From contig JBAZQK010000001.1 in assembly GCA_041645215.1 (NCBI GenBank), forward strand, positions 118,091 to 182,090: a stretch of DNA of 64,000 nt, read 5' to 3'. Below are positions 37,491 to 50,173 of the stretch, one piece after another. Each line of letters opens with the position of its first letter. Within the stretch, counting starts at the first letter, position 1. Origin of the DNA: Patescibacteria group bacterium (GTDB lineage: Bacteria; Patescibacteriota; Patescibacteriia; Veblenbacterales; UBA10138). The notes under the pieces were generated by a model. That model had not been told where the DNA came from. It was given only the letters and a program-made list of their open reading frames with translations, and ran no database searches. Both the position numbers and the translations under genes were made by a program.

Positions 37491-40439
37491 ATGACTAAGA
37501 CAAACGCCAAAAATAAACTTGCGCCAGCCGATAGTTTTAGCAAAAAGAGCAAGCAGTCTTCAGTGGGCAGTTTTTCAGCAATGACTCGGAATGGAAATCA
37601 GATTGTAATTCACGGAGCGCGGGTTCATAATCTAAAAAATATTTCTTTGACTATTCCCCGCGATAAGTTGGTGGTGATTACCGGTTTGTCCGGTTCCGGT
37701 AAATCATCGTTGGCGTTTGATACTATTTATGCCGAAGGTCAGCGTCGTTATATTGAATCATTGTCGTCTTACGCGCGTCAGTTTTTAGGCATGATGGATA
37801 AACCGGACGTAGACCAGATTGACGGTTTGTCGCCAGCTATTTCTATAGACCAGCGTTCCACTTCACATAACCCGCGTTCCACCGTCGGTACGGTTACGGA
37901 AATTTATGATTACCTAAGATTGTTGTACGCTCGCGTTGGCATACCGCATTGTCCCGGTTGCGGTCGTGAAGTTAGCCGACAAACAATTGATCAAATAGTA
38001 AAACGTTTAAACACATTACCGGCCGGCACGCCATTATCGTTGTTGTCGCCGGTTGTGCGCGACCAAAAAGGTGAGCACAAAGGAACGATTGCCGAACTCA
38101 AAAAAGCCGGTTATGTCAGATTACGTTTTGATAACAATTTTATGTCAATTGAGGAGGCCGAGGATTTACGAGTTGATAAACAAAAAAAGCATTCCGTAGA
38201 AGTGGTGGTGGATAACGTGGCCGTGTCCGCCGATAATGATGACATTAGTCGTTTAGCCGATTCTTTGGAAACGGCCCTTGAGCTGGGAGATGGCATTATT
38301 AAAGTTTGGCGACAAGATACCAGCGAGGAAATGCTTTTTAGTCAGCATTTTTCCTGCCCGCATTGCCAGATTGATTTGCCTAACATTGAGCCGCGCAGTT
38401 TTTCATTTAATTCTCCCTACGGAGCTTGTGCCGCCTGTACCGGCTTGGGCACAAAATTGGAGATTGATCCGGACTTGATTATTCCCAATAAGCGACTGTC
38501 AATTGCCGAGGGCGCGATTCGTCCCTGGTCGCGCACCGCCGTTAATCAAACTTGGTATTACCGTATTGTGGAGGCGGTGGCCCGGGCGTCTAATTTTTCC
38601 TTAACCGTGCCGGTACAAAAACTTTCGGCCAGTGATTTAAAAATAATTTTGTATGGCACCGGCAACCAAACTTATAATGTTAATGCGGGGGCTGACCAGA
38701 ACGGCAAGGCCCGGGAATTTTACACCGCTTTTGAAGGCGTGATTCCCAATTTGGAGCGGCGCTATCGTGAAACTGAATCAGACTATATTCGCGCGGAAAT
38801 TGAGCGCTATATGCGGATTTGGCCTTGTCCGGTTTGTCGGGGCCGTCGCCTTAAGGCGGAAGTATTAGGGGTTACGGTTAACAAAATCAATATTTCCGAA
38901 TTGACCAAAATGTCAATTACGGAGGCCTTAGGATTTTTTTTGAATTTGGGAGGCAAGGGTATTTTGACCGAGCGGAATTATAAAATTGCCCGCCAAATAA
39001 TTAAGGAGATTAAGGAACGGTTAAGTTTTTTATTTGATGTTGGTCTTGATTATTTAACACTTGATCGGCCAGCGGCTACTTTAGCCGGCGGCGAGGCCCA
39101 GCGTATTCGCTTAGCCACCCAAATCGGTTCGTCTTTAATGGGGGTTATTTATATTTTGGATGAGCCGTCAATTGGTTTGCACCAGCGCGACAATGCAAAA
39201 TTAATTGCCACCTTGCGTCGTTTACGGGATTTGGGTAACACCGTGATTGTGGTGGAGCATGATTATGAAACAATGATGGCGGCTGACCAGTTAATAGATA
39301 TCGGACCCGGGGCCGGCAAGCACGGCGGCGAAGTAGTGGCGCAAGGTACGCCCCAGGAGGTGGCTAAAGTCAAACAATCTTTGACCGGCCAGTATTTGGC
39401 CGGTAAGTTAATGATTTCCACCCCGGTAAAATATCGTCTTGGCAACGGCCACAAATTATCTATCAAAGGCGCGGCCGAATTTAATTTAAAAAATATTGAT
39501 GTTGATATACCCTTGAGTAAATTAGTTTGTATAACCGGCGTTTCGGGTTCGGGCAAATCAACCTTGATGACGGAAATATTATCCAAGGCTTTGGCGCAGC
39601 ATTTTTTTAACGCCAAGGATATTCCCGGTAAACATAAGGCCATTACCGGTTTAGAAAATATTGATAAGGTAATTAGCATTGATCAGTCGCCGATTGGACG
39701 TACGCCGCGTTCCAATCCGGCAACCTATACCGGGGTTTTTACCTATGTTAGAGATTTGTTCGCTCAATTACCAGAGGCCAAGATTCGCGGTTATGAGCCG
39801 GGCCGCTTTTCGTTTAACGTTAAGGGCGGCCGCTGTGAAGCTTGCGAAGGTGACGGTTTGGTGCGCATTGAAATGCATTTTCTGCCTGATGTTTATGTGG
39901 AGTGCGAGGAATGCCATGGCAAGCGTTATAATCAGCCGGCTTTGGAAATTCATTATAAAGGCAAGAATATAGCCGATATTTTGGAAATGACGGCCGAAGA
40001 GGCTATGAATTTTTTTAGCAATGTGCCGATTATTCACGACAAGTTAAAGGTTTTGTGCGAGGTTGGTTTGGGTTATATTCACTTAGGACAAAGTGCCACC
40101 ACGCTGTCGGGCGGTGAAGCCCAGCGTATTAAACTGTCCACTGAATTGTCGCGCCGTTCCACCGGCCGCACCCTTTATATTTTGGATGAGCCGACTACCG
40201 GGCTTCATTTTGAGGATGTGAGAAAGCTTTTACAGGTGTTAAACGAGTTGGTGGACCGGGGCAATACCGTGCTGGTGATAGAACATAATTTGGACGTTAT
40301 TAAATCAGCCGACTGGGTGATTGATTTAGGCCCGGAAGGCGGCGACAAAGGCGGCGAAGTGGTAGCCACCGGCACTCCGCGCGATGTGGTTAAGGTTAAG
40401 ACCAGTTACACCGGCCAGTGGTTGAAGAAGGTGTTGTAA
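37491..40439 (+). CDS. uvrA: Excinuclease ABC subunit A
   Basis: Two ABC modules ([16 protein letters not shown]) and zinc fingers. Confidence 0.98.
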   Translation: MTKTNAKNKLAPADSFSKKSKQSSVGSFSAMTRNGNQIVIHGARVHNLKNISLTIPRDKLVVITGLSGSGKSSLAFDTIYAEGQRRYIESLSSYARQFLGMMDKPDVDQIDGLSPAISIDQRSTSHNPRSTVGTVTEIYDYLRLLYARVGIPHCPGCGREVSRQTIDQIVKRLNTLPAGTPLSLLSPVVRDQKGEHKGTIAELKKAGYVRLRFDNNFMSIEEAEDLRVDKQKKHSVEVVVDNVAVSADNDDISRLADSLETALELGDGIIKVWRQDTSEEMLFSQHFSCPHCQIDLPNIEPRSFSFNSPYGACAACTGLGTKLEIDPDLIIPNKRLSIAEGAIRPWSRTAVNQTWYYRIVEAVARASNFSLTVPVQKLSASDLKIILYGTGNQTYNVNAGADQNGKAREFYTAFEGVIPNLERRYRETESDYIRAEIERYMRIWPCPVCRGRRLKAEVLGVTVNKINISELTKMSITEALGFFLNLGGKGILTERNYKIARQIIKEIKERLSFLFDVGLDYLTLDRPAATLAGGEAQRIRLATQIGSSLMGVIYILDEPSIGLHQRDNAKLIATLRRLRDLGNTVIVVEHDYETMMAADQLIDIGPGAGKHGGEVVAQGTPQEVAKVKQSLTGQYLAGKLMISTPVKYRLGNGHKLSIKGAAEFNLKNIDVDIPLSKLVCITGVSGSGKSTLMTEILSKALAQHFFNAKDIPGKHKAITGLENIDKVISIDQSPIGRTPRSNPATYTGVFTYVRDLFAQLPEAKIRGYEPGRFSFNVKGGRCEACEGDGLVRIEMHFLPDVYVECEECHGKRYNQPALEIHYKGKNIADILEMTAEEAMNFFSNVPIIHDKLKVLCEVGLGYIHLGQSATTLSGGEAQRIKLSTELSRRSTGRTLYILDEPTTGLHFEDVRKLLQVLNELVDRGNTVLVIEHNLDVIKSADWVIDLGPEGGDKGGEVVATGTPRDVVKVKTSYTGQWLKKVL

Positions 40440-40448
40440 AATTAAGCC

Positions 40449-40478
40449 AACTATAACCCGTTCAAGCGGGTTATAGTT
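40449..40478 (+). terminator. Hairpin after uvrA
   Basis: AACTATAACCCG-ttcaag-CGGGTTATAGTT. Confidence 0.65.
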
Positions 40479-40584
40479 GTTGTTGACAAATTGTGGCTTA
40501 GGTATTAAAGTAAAATGAAATTAAGTTAAAAAATGTTCATTAACTAATTAGAAAACAAAACTACTAAATAACAGGGAGATTAAA

Positions 40585-41271
40585 ATGAAAACGTTATGTT
40601 TAGTTATATCGGGTGGATGGTTGTTTATTGCGTTTATTCTGTTTTTAGTTTTCTTCTTCACAGGTATTGTATTAATTTATAGCTTTATAGTTGCTAAAAC
40701 TAAAGTATGGCCTAAGTTGATTTGGGGGATGTCTTTATGGACTGCCGCCTTGGTCATTGTAGTTGCCATTATATGGTTATGGACAAACTATCCCCCATGT
40801 CGTATAAGGTTATTTCAGAACGAAGTGGCGTTATTAAGAACAGGGGAAAATTTGTACAAATTTCAAAGTGACGCAACTGTGTTTACCAATGAAAAATGTA
40901 TTATTTTTCCTAACAACGCCGGGATATCTTATGGTGATGTTAAGGTTAAGTTGTCATCAGCGTTAGAAAAAATGTATAAAAACAAGTCAGTGATATTTAA
41001 AGTCTATTTCAATTATTTTTTGGGACCTGACGAGTATTACTCAAAGATAGTTGGGTTAGCCGGTCCTGACGGGCGGTTTACGGAAAATTTGTACAGCCAG
41101 GTTAACGCCTACGCGGATAAATATGAATTAACTGGTAAGGATTGCTCTTGGGAAGTGGAAATGCAAAAATATTTGTCTCCGTATGTTGAAAAATTGGGCC
41201 CTCAATTATTAGTGGTAACATATCACTATTTTGACTCGCCAGTGGCCCGTGGTCCTAATGCGGAAAAATAA
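40585..41271 (+). CDS. Orphan membrane protein
   Basis: Two N-terminal TM helices; TTGACA-17-TAAAGT at 40483-40511; GGGAG SD; terminator near 41298. Confidence 0.7.
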   Translation: MKTLCLVISGGWLFIAFILFLVFFFTGIVLIYSFIVAKTKVWPKLIWGMSLWTAALVIVVAIIWLWTNYPPCRIRLFQNEVALLRTGENLYKFQSDATVFTNEKCIIFPNNAGISYGDVKVKLSSALEKMYKNKSVIFKVYFNYFLGPDEYYSKIVGLAGPDGRFTENLYSQVNAYADKYELTGKDCSWEVEMQKYLSPYVEKLGPQLLVVTYHYFDSPVARGPNAEK

Positions 41272-41379
41272 ATTTAACTAAACCTTTTTGATTAAGCAAA
41301 GCCAGTCTTGAACTGGCTTTATTTTTTGTTAAAAATCGGCTTTCTTGTCAATCAGACGAGATAATACCATAATTAAATT

Positions 41380-42762
41380 ATGACTATCAGTTTAAACCAA
41401 GTACGTGAGTATGGATTTTACTTATTGGTTTTTATATTGCCCTGGCAAACCCGATGGATTATTCGCGACCCTTTAATCGGCGGCGAGGTGTGGGAATATG
41501 GAAGGGTTAGTTTGTATGGGTGGGATATCGTTTTGATTGTATTGTTATTAATTAGTCTGCTAGCGGTTGGGCAGATGGTTAAAAATTTTAAATTTTTAAT
41601 TTTTAATTTTAAATCAAATTTCAAGTGGAGCTTTAAGATTTTTAAAAATCCGGTTTTGGTGTATCTCTTACTCTTGCTCTTTACTTTTACTTCAATCGGC
41701 TGGGCGGGGGATAAGGTATTGACGCTTTATTGGCTGGGACGGATAGCAGAAGTGGGCGCGTTGTGGTGGTTAATTAAATTTATTAAACCGAGGTTGTCAG
41801 TTGTTTGTTGGTCGTTGGTAGCTGCTGGTACTGTGCAAGCCTTGTGGGCCATCGGGCAGTTTATTACTCAATCAACTTTTGCCAGCAAATGGTTGGGTGT
41901 GGCTGTTCATCCCATAACACAATATGGTACTTCGGTGGTTTTAACTGATGCCGGACGGTGGCTCAGAGCTTACGCCGGGCAGGTGCACCCTAATGTTCTG
42001 GGTGGTTTGTTAGTAGTGACTTGTTTGGCGACGATATTGTTAATAAGTAGAATTAAGAATTACGAATTACGAATTAAGAATATAATATTAGTAGCACTGT
42101 ATATAATACAATTAGTTGGTTTGTTTTTTACTTTTTCCCGGGGGGCTTGGTTAGCTTTATTTATAACTTTAGCCGTATTGATAATGTACAATTGTGTAAA
42201 ATATGTCCGGCCGGACATATTTTGTCAGGATGACGATCAGATGGGCTTGAGATTGGGACGGCATTATTTAAAAAAGCGTCTGGCGGTAGTTTTAGGTTAT
42301 ACATTATTGGTGTTTATTACTTTGGGTGTAGTTTTGTGGCAACCGACTGTGGGGCGTATTTTAGGCTACAGCCGTTTGGAGGTTAAATCAGTTGAGGAAC
42401 GCATGGCCAGTGTTCAGGACAGCCAGAAAGTTGCCGCGGTTAACCAGTGGTTTGGCGTTGGCCTAGGAAATTATACGGTGGCTTTGCAAAAAATTATGCC
42501 CAATGAGCGCGCTTATTATTATCAGCCGGTGCATAATGTATTTTTGTTGATACTGGCCGAACTGGGAATAATTGGTTTATTATTGTTTATGTGGTTGATT
42601 GGTTCTATGGTTTGTTTAAAAAAACCATTAGCTATTAGCCATTGGCTATTAGCCGCGGTGCTTATCACCAGCTTGTTTGACCACTATTGGTGGACCATTC
42701 CCTCAATGCTGGTTTTAGGTGGTTTGTGGTTGAGTTTAAGCCAAGCTAGATTAGAGCCATAA
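41380..42762 (+). CDS. O-antigen ligase (Wzy_C) family protein
   Basis: RAYAGQVHPNVLGG, TFSRGAW, GVGLGNY, PVHN. Confidence 0.88.
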   Translation: MTISLNQVREYGFYLLVFILPWQTRWIIRDPLIGGEVWEYGRVSLYGWDIVLIVLLLISLLAVGQMVKNFKFLIFNFKSNFKWSFKIFKNPVLVYLLLLLFTFTSIGWAGDKVLTLYWLGRIAEVGALWWLIKFIKPRLSVVCWSLVAAGTVQALWAIGQFITQSTFASKWLGVAVHPITQYGTSVVLTDAGRWLRAYAGQVHPNVLGGLLVVTCLATILLISRIKNYELRIKNIILVALYIIQLVGLFFTFSRGAWLALFITLAVLIMYNCVKYVRPDIFCQDDDQMGLRLGRHYLKKRLAVVLGYTLLVFITLGVVLWQPTVGRILGYSRLEVKSVEERMASVQDSQKVAAVNQWFGVGLGNYTVALQKIMPNERAYYYQPVHNVFLLILAELGIIGLLLFMWLIGSMVCLKKPLAISHWLLAAVLITSLFDHYWWTIPSMLVLGGLWLSLSQARLEP

Positions 42763-42798
42763 ACACTTGACAGTTTGTAAAAACTTGCTAAAATGCTA

Positions 42799-42825
42799 TT
42801 AGCACTCCATATCAGAGAGTGCTAA
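42799..42825 (+). promoter_or_regulatory. CIRCE element (HrcA operator)
   Basis: TTAGCACTC-N9-GAGTGCTAA, downstream of TTGACA-16-TAAAAT. Confidence 0.95.
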
Positions 42826-42859
42826 TTTCTACTAAATTTATAATTAACTAAGCCAAAAT

Positions 42860-43150
42860 ATGAAATTAAAGCCATTAGGCGACCATTTAGTGGTCAAAGT
42901 CAATCAGGAGGATAAAACTACTAAGGGCGGCATATTATTGCCCGATACAGTAGATAAAGAAAAACAGGAGACCGGCGAAGTAATAGCGGTCGGCCCCGGT
43001 AAATTGATGGACAATGGTAATCGCGCCGCTATGGAAGTAAAAGTCGGCGATAAGATTTTGTTTAAAAAGTATGCCTTAGATGAGTTTAAATTAGACGATG
43101 AAGAATTCGGCACTTTACAACTCTCTGATGTAATTGCGATTGTTGAGTAA
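42860..43150 (+). CDS. groES: Co-chaperonin GroES
   Basis: KPLGD, TKGGILLPD, AVGPG. Confidence 0.97.
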   Translation: MKLKPLGDHLVVKVNQEDKTTKGGILLPDTVDKEKQETGEVIAVGPGKLMDNGNRAAMEVKVGDKILFKKYALDEFKLDDEEFGTLQLSDVIAIVE

Positions 43151-43162
43151 TTTCTAATTCTT

Positions 43163-43205
43163 GTCCAGTATAACTACTTATTTAACAAAGTTGTTATCAC
43201 TGGAC
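43163..43205. mobile_element. 43-bp deletion derivative of the CCAGTATAAC MITE
   Basis: Left and right ends of 1237-1378 joined; TT on both flanks. Confidence 0.7.
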
Positions 43206-43230
43206 TTAATTCATAATTCTTTATTCTTAA

Positions 43231-44871
<1,641 letters not shown>

Positions 44872-44928
44872 CCAATAGCTGATAGCTAGTGGCAAATAGC
44901 TAATAGCGTATTATAACTAATAATAATC

Positions 44929-44960
44929 AACTCCTCCGCTTGTACAAGCGGAGGAGTTTT
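44929..44960 (+). terminator. groEL terminator
   Basis: AACTCCTCCGCTTG-ta-CAAGCGGAGGAGTTTT. Confidence 0.8.
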
Positions 44961-44969
44961 GTATTTAAT

Positions 44970-45121
44970 TAGGATTTAGGCGTTTGGTCCCCATCTTAGG
45001 GTAAGGAAGGAGCTATGAACCATCTAAAAATCGTAACTCCCCCTTTACGGGGGGCTGTACGCCCTAACCCCTCTTTCCGCCAACTGGCGGACTAAGAGGG
45101 GGATGAAGCGCGTGAGTCCTA
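44970..45121. mobile_element. MITE-like element, TAGGAC family
   Basis: TAGGATTTAGGCGTTT / AAGCGCGTGAGTCCTA; interior with CCCC..GGGG hairpins. Confidence 0.6.
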
Positions 45122-45162
45122 TTGAAGTCGGTTAATGCTTAATATGCTATAATTTAAACAGT

Positions 45163-45621
45163 ATGGATCAAGCTCAAAAAACCGTTGGTCTAGAAGTTTA
45201 TGGTAAACCAATCAGCGATTATGTTGAATTGGCCGAATGGCCATTCATTATCGCGGCCGGCTTGATTGTTTTGGTTTACCTGATCAGTATTTGGATGGAA
45301 ATGTCCTATTATGGTTTGGTCGTATCTTTGATATTGCTGATACAAATTTTAATCGCTGCCGCGTTGGCTTACTGGCGGGGAGTTTTAAATCATGACACTT
45401 GGCCGCAAATTGTCAGTTTGGCTGTTTTGGTGGGGATGCTAGCCGGTCTGATTTCGGCTGTGGCCGCCCTTATCAGGTTTGGTCGCTTGTGGATGGTTTT
45501 TAATTTAATTACCGAGCCGATTTGGAGCGGTTTGTTGGCGGCCTTAATAAGTTTATTAACTTTAGGTTTTTTTGCTTTGCCCGCGGTGTTGCGCCCGTGG
45601 GCGGGGAAAATTAAAAAATAA
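45163..45621 (+). CDS. Hypothetical membrane protein
   Basis: Four TM segments. Confidence 0.7.
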   Translation: MDQAQKTVGLEVYGKPISDYVELAEWPFIIAAGLIVLVYLISIWMEMSYYGLVVSLILLIQILIAAALAYWRGVLNHDTWPQIVSLAVLVGMLAGLISAVAALIRFGRLWMVFNLITEPIWSGLLAALISLLTLGFFALPAVLRPWAGKIKK

Positions 45622-45633
45622 CCATATAATTTT

Positions 45634-45951
45634 ATGATTACCACCCCAATCACTGCCGATGATAAAGTTTATGCCGCTTTATCGTATTTATTTGTGCTGG
45701 CAATAGTACCACTGCTTTTTAAGCGCCAGCGCGAGTTTGTGCAATGGCACGCTCGTCAGGGTTTTTTACTGTTTTTGGCTGAAATTATAATAATGATAGT
45801 GTCGCCAATTCCTGTGCTCGGTTGGTTAGTGGCTTTTGTCGGTTGGTTGGCGGCGGTAGTTTTGACTTTATTGGGTTTAGCCTCCGCTTTAACTGGCAGA
45901 TATTGGGTAATGCCGTATTTAGGTGAATACGCTAAGAAGTTGAAGATTTAA
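45634..45951 (+). CDS. DUF4870-like membrane protein
   Basis: AALSYL, FVQWHARQG, MPYLG motifs. Confidence 0.8.
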   Translation: MITTPITADDKVYAALSYLFVLAIVPLLFKRQREFVQWHARQGFLLFLAEIIIMIVSPIPVLGWLVAFVGWLAAVVLTLLGLASALTGRYWVMPYLGEYAKKLKI

Positions 45952-45995
45952 AAAATTTTTCTTAATTCATAATTCTTAATTCGTAATTCTATCTT

Positions 45996-48404
45996 ATGCC
46001 TAACCGTTCTAAACAGTTCATTCTTAACTTTTCTGAAATTACTATTAAAGACGTGCCGCTGGTCGGCGGTAAGACTGCCTCATTGGGGGAAATGTATCAA
46101 AAGCTGACTAAACAAGGTGTGCGGGTGCCGCCCGGTTTTGCGGTAACGGCTTATGCTTACCGAAAGTTTTTGCGTTCCACTGGCATTGATCGCCAGATAA
46201 AAAAACTTTTACAAGGGTTAGATACTAATAAATTGGCAGATTTAGCTGAACGTGGCCGCGAGGTGAGAAAGACCATTATGCAGGGTGAGTTTCCCCTTGA
46301 ACTCAAACGTGAGATAACCAAAAATTATCGCGCTTTGTCAAAAAAATTAAAAGTTAAAGCGCTGGACGTGGCCATCCGTTCTTCGGCTACGGCCGAAGAC
46401 TTGCCGGACGCGAGTTTTGCCGGCCAGCAGGAAAGCTATTTGAATATCCGCGGCGAAGACGAGGTTTTACAAGCCTGTAAAATGTGTTTTGCTTCGCTTT
46501 TTACCGATCGGGCCATTTCCTATCGGGTAGATAAAAAATTTGACCACTTTGCCGTGGCTCTTTCCATTGCCGTGCAAAAGATGGTTCGTTCCGATAAAGC
46601 CTGTTCCGGCGTTATGTTCACGCTTGATACGGAATCCGGTTTTAGAGATGTGGTTTTGATTAATAGTACTTGGGGTTTGGGGGAGTATATTGTTAAGGGC
46701 GTGGTCAATCCGGATGAATACGTGGTGTTTAAGCCAACTTTTAAACAGGGCTATAAGGCAATTATTTCACAAAAACTCGGTTCTAAGCAGTATAAACTGA
46801 TTTATGCGAATGACCCCAAATCGCCCACCCGGCGAATGGTGGTAAGTGAAGCTGACCGGCAGAAATTCACCCTTAAACCAGTTGAGGTTTTGCAACTGGC
46901 TAAGTGGGGTATGCAAATTGAAGAGCACTACAATAAGCCCATGGACATTGAATGGGCCAAAGACGGAATCAGCAAAGAGCTTTATATTGTGCAGGCCCGT
47001 CCGGAAACAGTTGAGTCTACTAAATCAACTAGCGTGATTGAAAAAGCGATTTTGTCCAAAACTTCTAGAGTTTTGTTAGAAGGTGCGGCGGTGGGCGCTA
47101 AGATTGGCCAGGGTCCGGTGAATATAATTAGGAACGTTAAAGAGATCAGCCATTTTAAGCCGGGCAGCGTGCTGGTGACGGAAATGACCGACCCGGATTG
47201 GGAGCCGGTTATGAAGCAGGCCGCGGCGATTGTCACTAATTCCGGCGGGCGCACCTGCCACGCGGCCATTGTGTCGCGAGAGCTGGGTGTTCCTTGTATT
47301 GTGGGTACAAAAAACGGCACTAGCAAACTAAAAGACGGGCAAAAAGTTACCGTCTCCTGCGCTGAAGGCGAAATTGGTAAGGTTTATGAAGGAATTTTGC
47401 CGTTCAAAATTGAAACCACCAATCTTAAAAATCTACCTAAGACCAAAACCAAGATAATGATTAACATTGGTGAGCCGGAACAGGCCCTGGCCCAGTCGTT
47501 CTTGCCGGTTGACGGCGTAGGGTTGGCCCGAGAAGAATTTATAATTAACAGGTCTATAAAAATTCATCCTTTGGCACTGCTCCATTTTGATAAACTTAAG
47601 GATAAAAAAGCTAAAGCTAAAATTGCCAAACTAACCGCTGGTTACAATAATAAAAGTCAGTATTTTATTGACAAACTGGCTTATGGTGTGGGCGTGCTGG
47701 CGGCGGCTTTTTATCCGCGCGAGGTGATTATTCGTTTATCTGATTTTAAGTCTAGTGAATATGCCGGTTTAATCGGTGGTAAGGAATTTGAACCAGAGGA
47801 ACGCAATCCCATGATTGGCTGGCGCGGCGCCTCGCGTTATTACAGCGCCCAGTACGAAGCTGGTTTCCGTTTGGAGTGCAAGGCCTTAAAAAGGGTTCGT
47901 GAGCAGTTTGGTTTAACTAACCTTAAGGTAATGGTGCCGTTCTGCCGCACCATTGAAGAAGGACAAAAAGTTCTGAAGATTATGGCCAGCGAGGGCTTAA
48001 AGCGTGGTAAAAACGGTTTAGAGGTTTATGTGATGTGCGAAATACCGTCCAATGTTATTTTGGCGCGCGAATTTGCCCAGATTTTTGACGGCTTTTCTAT
48101 TGGTTCCAATGACCTAACTCAATTAATCTTGGGCGTGGATAGGGATTCAGAACTGGTCAGTAAGGTTTATGACGAGCGCAACGTGGCGGTTATGAAATTT
48201 ATCAGCCAGGTTATTCGTGAAGCTCGCGCCGTGGGCGCCAAAATTGGTATTTGCGGCCAGGCGCCGTCGGACTTTCCGGACTTTGCCGAATTTTTGGTGC
48301 GCGAAGGCATAGATTCCATTTCACTTAACCCGGATACGGTGGTAGCTACCAAATTGCACATTGCCAAACTGGAGAAAACCTTGGCTGTCAAGAAACACCA
48401 ATAA
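45996..48404 (+). CDS. ppsA: Phosphoenolpyruvate synthase
   Basis: RSSATAEDLPDASFAGQ, GGRTCHAAI, FSIGSNDLTQ. Confidence 0.97.
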   Translation: MPNRSKQFILNFSEITIKDVPLVGGKTASLGEMYQKLTKQGVRVPPGFAVTAYAYRKFLRSTGIDRQIKKLLQGLDTNKLADLAERGREVRKTIMQGEFPLELKREITKNYRALSKKLKVKALDVAIRSSATAEDLPDASFAGQQESYLNIRGEDEVLQACKMCFASLFTDRAISYRVDKKFDHFAVALSIAVQKMVRSDKACSGVMFTLDTESGFRDVVLINSTWGLGEYIVKGVVNPDEYVVFKPTFKQGYKAIISQKLGSKQYKLIYANDPKSPTRRMVVSEADRQKFTLKPVEVLQLAKWGMQIEEHYNKPMDIEWAKDGISKELYIVQARPETVESTKSTSVIEKAILSKTSRVLLEGAAVGAKIGQGPVNIIRNVKEISHFKPGSVLVTEMTDPDWEPVMKQAAAIVTNSGGRTCHAAIVSRELGVPCIVGTKNGTSKLKDGQKVTVSCAEGEIGKVYEGILPFKIETTNLKNLPKTKTKIMINIGEPEQALAQSFLPVDGVGLAREEFIINRSIKIHPLALLHFDKLKDKKAKAKIAKLTAGYNNKSQYFIDKLAYGVGVLAAAFYPREVIIRLSDFKSSEYAGLIGGKEFEPEERNPMIGWRGASRYYSAQYEAGFRLECKALKRVREQFGLTNLKVMVPFCRTIEEGQKVLKIMASEGLKRGKNGLEVYVMCEIPSNVILAREFAQIFDGFSIGSNDLTQLILGVDRDSELVSKVYDERNVAVMKFISQVIREARAVGAKIGICGQAPSDFPDFAEFLVREGIDSISLNPDTVVATKLHIAKLEKTLAVKKHQ

Positions 48405-48461
48405 TAATTTAGCCGTTTTGGCTAAAATAGGAATAATTTATTATTTAATTTATACAATACT

Positions 48462-48851
48462 ATGTCCAACGAACTACTTTTTCTTATCGGTCGTGTTCTT
48501 TTTGGCGGTTATTTTTTAATGAATGCCATTAACCATTTCAGCCAGGCTGATATGTTGTCTGGCTACGCGGCCTCCCAAGGTGTTAAATCGCCAAAGTTAG
48601 CCGTTTTTGTGAGCGGTTTGCTCTTATTGGCGGGTGGCGCGGGCATACTGCTTGGTGTATATGTCAGCTGGGCAGTTTTGGCCCTGGTGCTATTCTTAGT
48701 GCCGGTATCGTTTAAGATGCACGCTTTTTGGAAAGTGTCTGAACCCAATATGAAAATGATGGAGATGGTAAACTTTACAAAAAATATGGCGTTGCTCGGC
48801 GCCGCTTTGATGCTTTTAGCTATTTCTACCCCCTGGCCGTTGTCGTTTTAA
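48462..48851 (+). CDS. DoxX family protein
   Basis: GRVLFGGYF, HAFW, KNMALLG. Confidence 0.88.
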   Translation: MSNELLFLIGRVLFGGYFLMNAINHFSQADMLSGYAASQGVKSPKLAVFVSGLLLLAGGAGILLGVYVSWAVLALVLFLVPVSFKMHAFWKVSEPNMKMMEMVNFTKNMALLGAALMLLAISTPWPLSF

Positions 48852-48983
48852 GCGGTGGCCTGTCCGCTTTGGGCGGAGAACCAGCTTGTTTGGAGCTTAA
48901 GGAGTTGGTGGAGGCTTGAGAAGCGGGTAGTTAGGATGGAATCAAAGAAATTATTTAACTTTATCAATTCCATAATAAGAGTT

Positions 48984-50012
48984 CTATTTTGGCTGCATAG
49001 ATCTATAAGCGATAGTTTCCAAAATATCATTACTGTTGAGTAAGAATCCAACTAATCGTTCAAAGCCAATTCCAAATCCGCCCCTCATTGTCGGTTTTTC
49101 TTGTTTAAAAAGGTTCAGATATTCTTGAAAGGGTAATAAGGGGTCGCCATTTTGGGCTGTAATGTATTTCGCAATTTTAGAATTTAGCAGATATTGTTTA
49201 ATTTTTTTACCATCCTCTTCTCTTACCGCGCCACCAGTCGTTTCGCCCAAACGAGGCATAAGTAAATCTACACTATAAACACGCTCGCCGTCCGGCGTTC
49301 GCTTCATATTGAAGAATTTAATCTTTGCCGGATAATGCGAAATAAAAGTGGGAATATTATCGAAATGAGCAAGAATTTTGCGCTCTTCTAGAGCTCCGAA
49401 ATCGTCACCAAATTTATAATTACCGTTAGATTTATTAAGCAACTCTAACGCTTCATCGTAAGTAAGACGGGCAAAATTCTTGCTTAAAATTGACTTCAGA
49501 TAGTCAACTTGGCCGCCAAGTAGCGCAACATCTTTTTTGCAAGTTTCTAAAACCTTTTTGATCGCAAACTTAATAATTTTTTCTTCGGTGCTGATTATTG
49601 CGTCTAAGATTTGTTCAGGCGTCAAATTTTTATAAGGTTTTTCCGGCTCAATGAGTGTGAACTCTGAAAGGCGGCGGCCTTTTGTTTCCGGATCGTCATA
49701 ATTTTCTTCTCGGAAGCTGTTATTAACAGTAAACACGCCTCGCTGGAGGCGAATAACCAACGCCTCAAGTTGGAGTTGCGCGCTTTGCGATAAGTGCGCC
49801 TCTCGTCCGTAATAATTCAAACTGAAAGAGGCGTAGGGATTTTCACATGAGCCGGCGATATTTACGAGTGATGAGGTTGAGACCTCGGTATAACCATTTT
49901 GGATTAAAGCTTTTCTTATTGCGTTTAAAGCAGTACTCCTCACGTTAAGTAGGGCATTGAATTTATCCTTACTAAATTTTCCTAATCCCGTAGTAATTAC
50001 ATTTTCCATCAT
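48984..50012 (-). CDS. AsnRS-like class IIb catalytic domain without anticodon-binding domain
   Basis: LSQSAQL, SFREE..RRLSEF (motif 2), GFGIGFER (motif 3); only 342 aa. Confidence 0.8.
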   Translation of the reverse strand: MMENVITTGLGKFSKDKFNALLNVRSTALNAIRKALIQNGYTEVSTSSLVNIAGSCENPYASFSLNYYGREAHLSQSAQLQLEALVIRLQRGVFTVNNSFREENYDDPETKGRRLSEFTLIEPEKPYKNLTPEQILDAIISTEEKIIKFAIKKVLETCKKDVALLGGQVDYLKSILSKNFARLTYDEALELLNKSNGNYKFGDDFGALEERKILAHFDNIPTFISHYPAKIKFFNMKRTPDGERVYSVDLLMPRLGETTGGAVREEDGKKIKQYLLNSKIAKYITAQNGDPLLPFQEYLNLFKQEKPTMRGGFGIGFERLVGFLLNSNDILETIAYRSMQPK

Positions 50013-50173
50013 GTTTTTGTAGATATTGAATTATTGAGAATTTAATCAATAATGTCATTATTGTCAACATAATATTCAAGAATATGGGCGTATTTATTGG
50101 TAAATAACGACATTTCATTGCGAACGACGACTAAAAAGTTGACATATTTTAAAATATTACATAGTATAACTTT

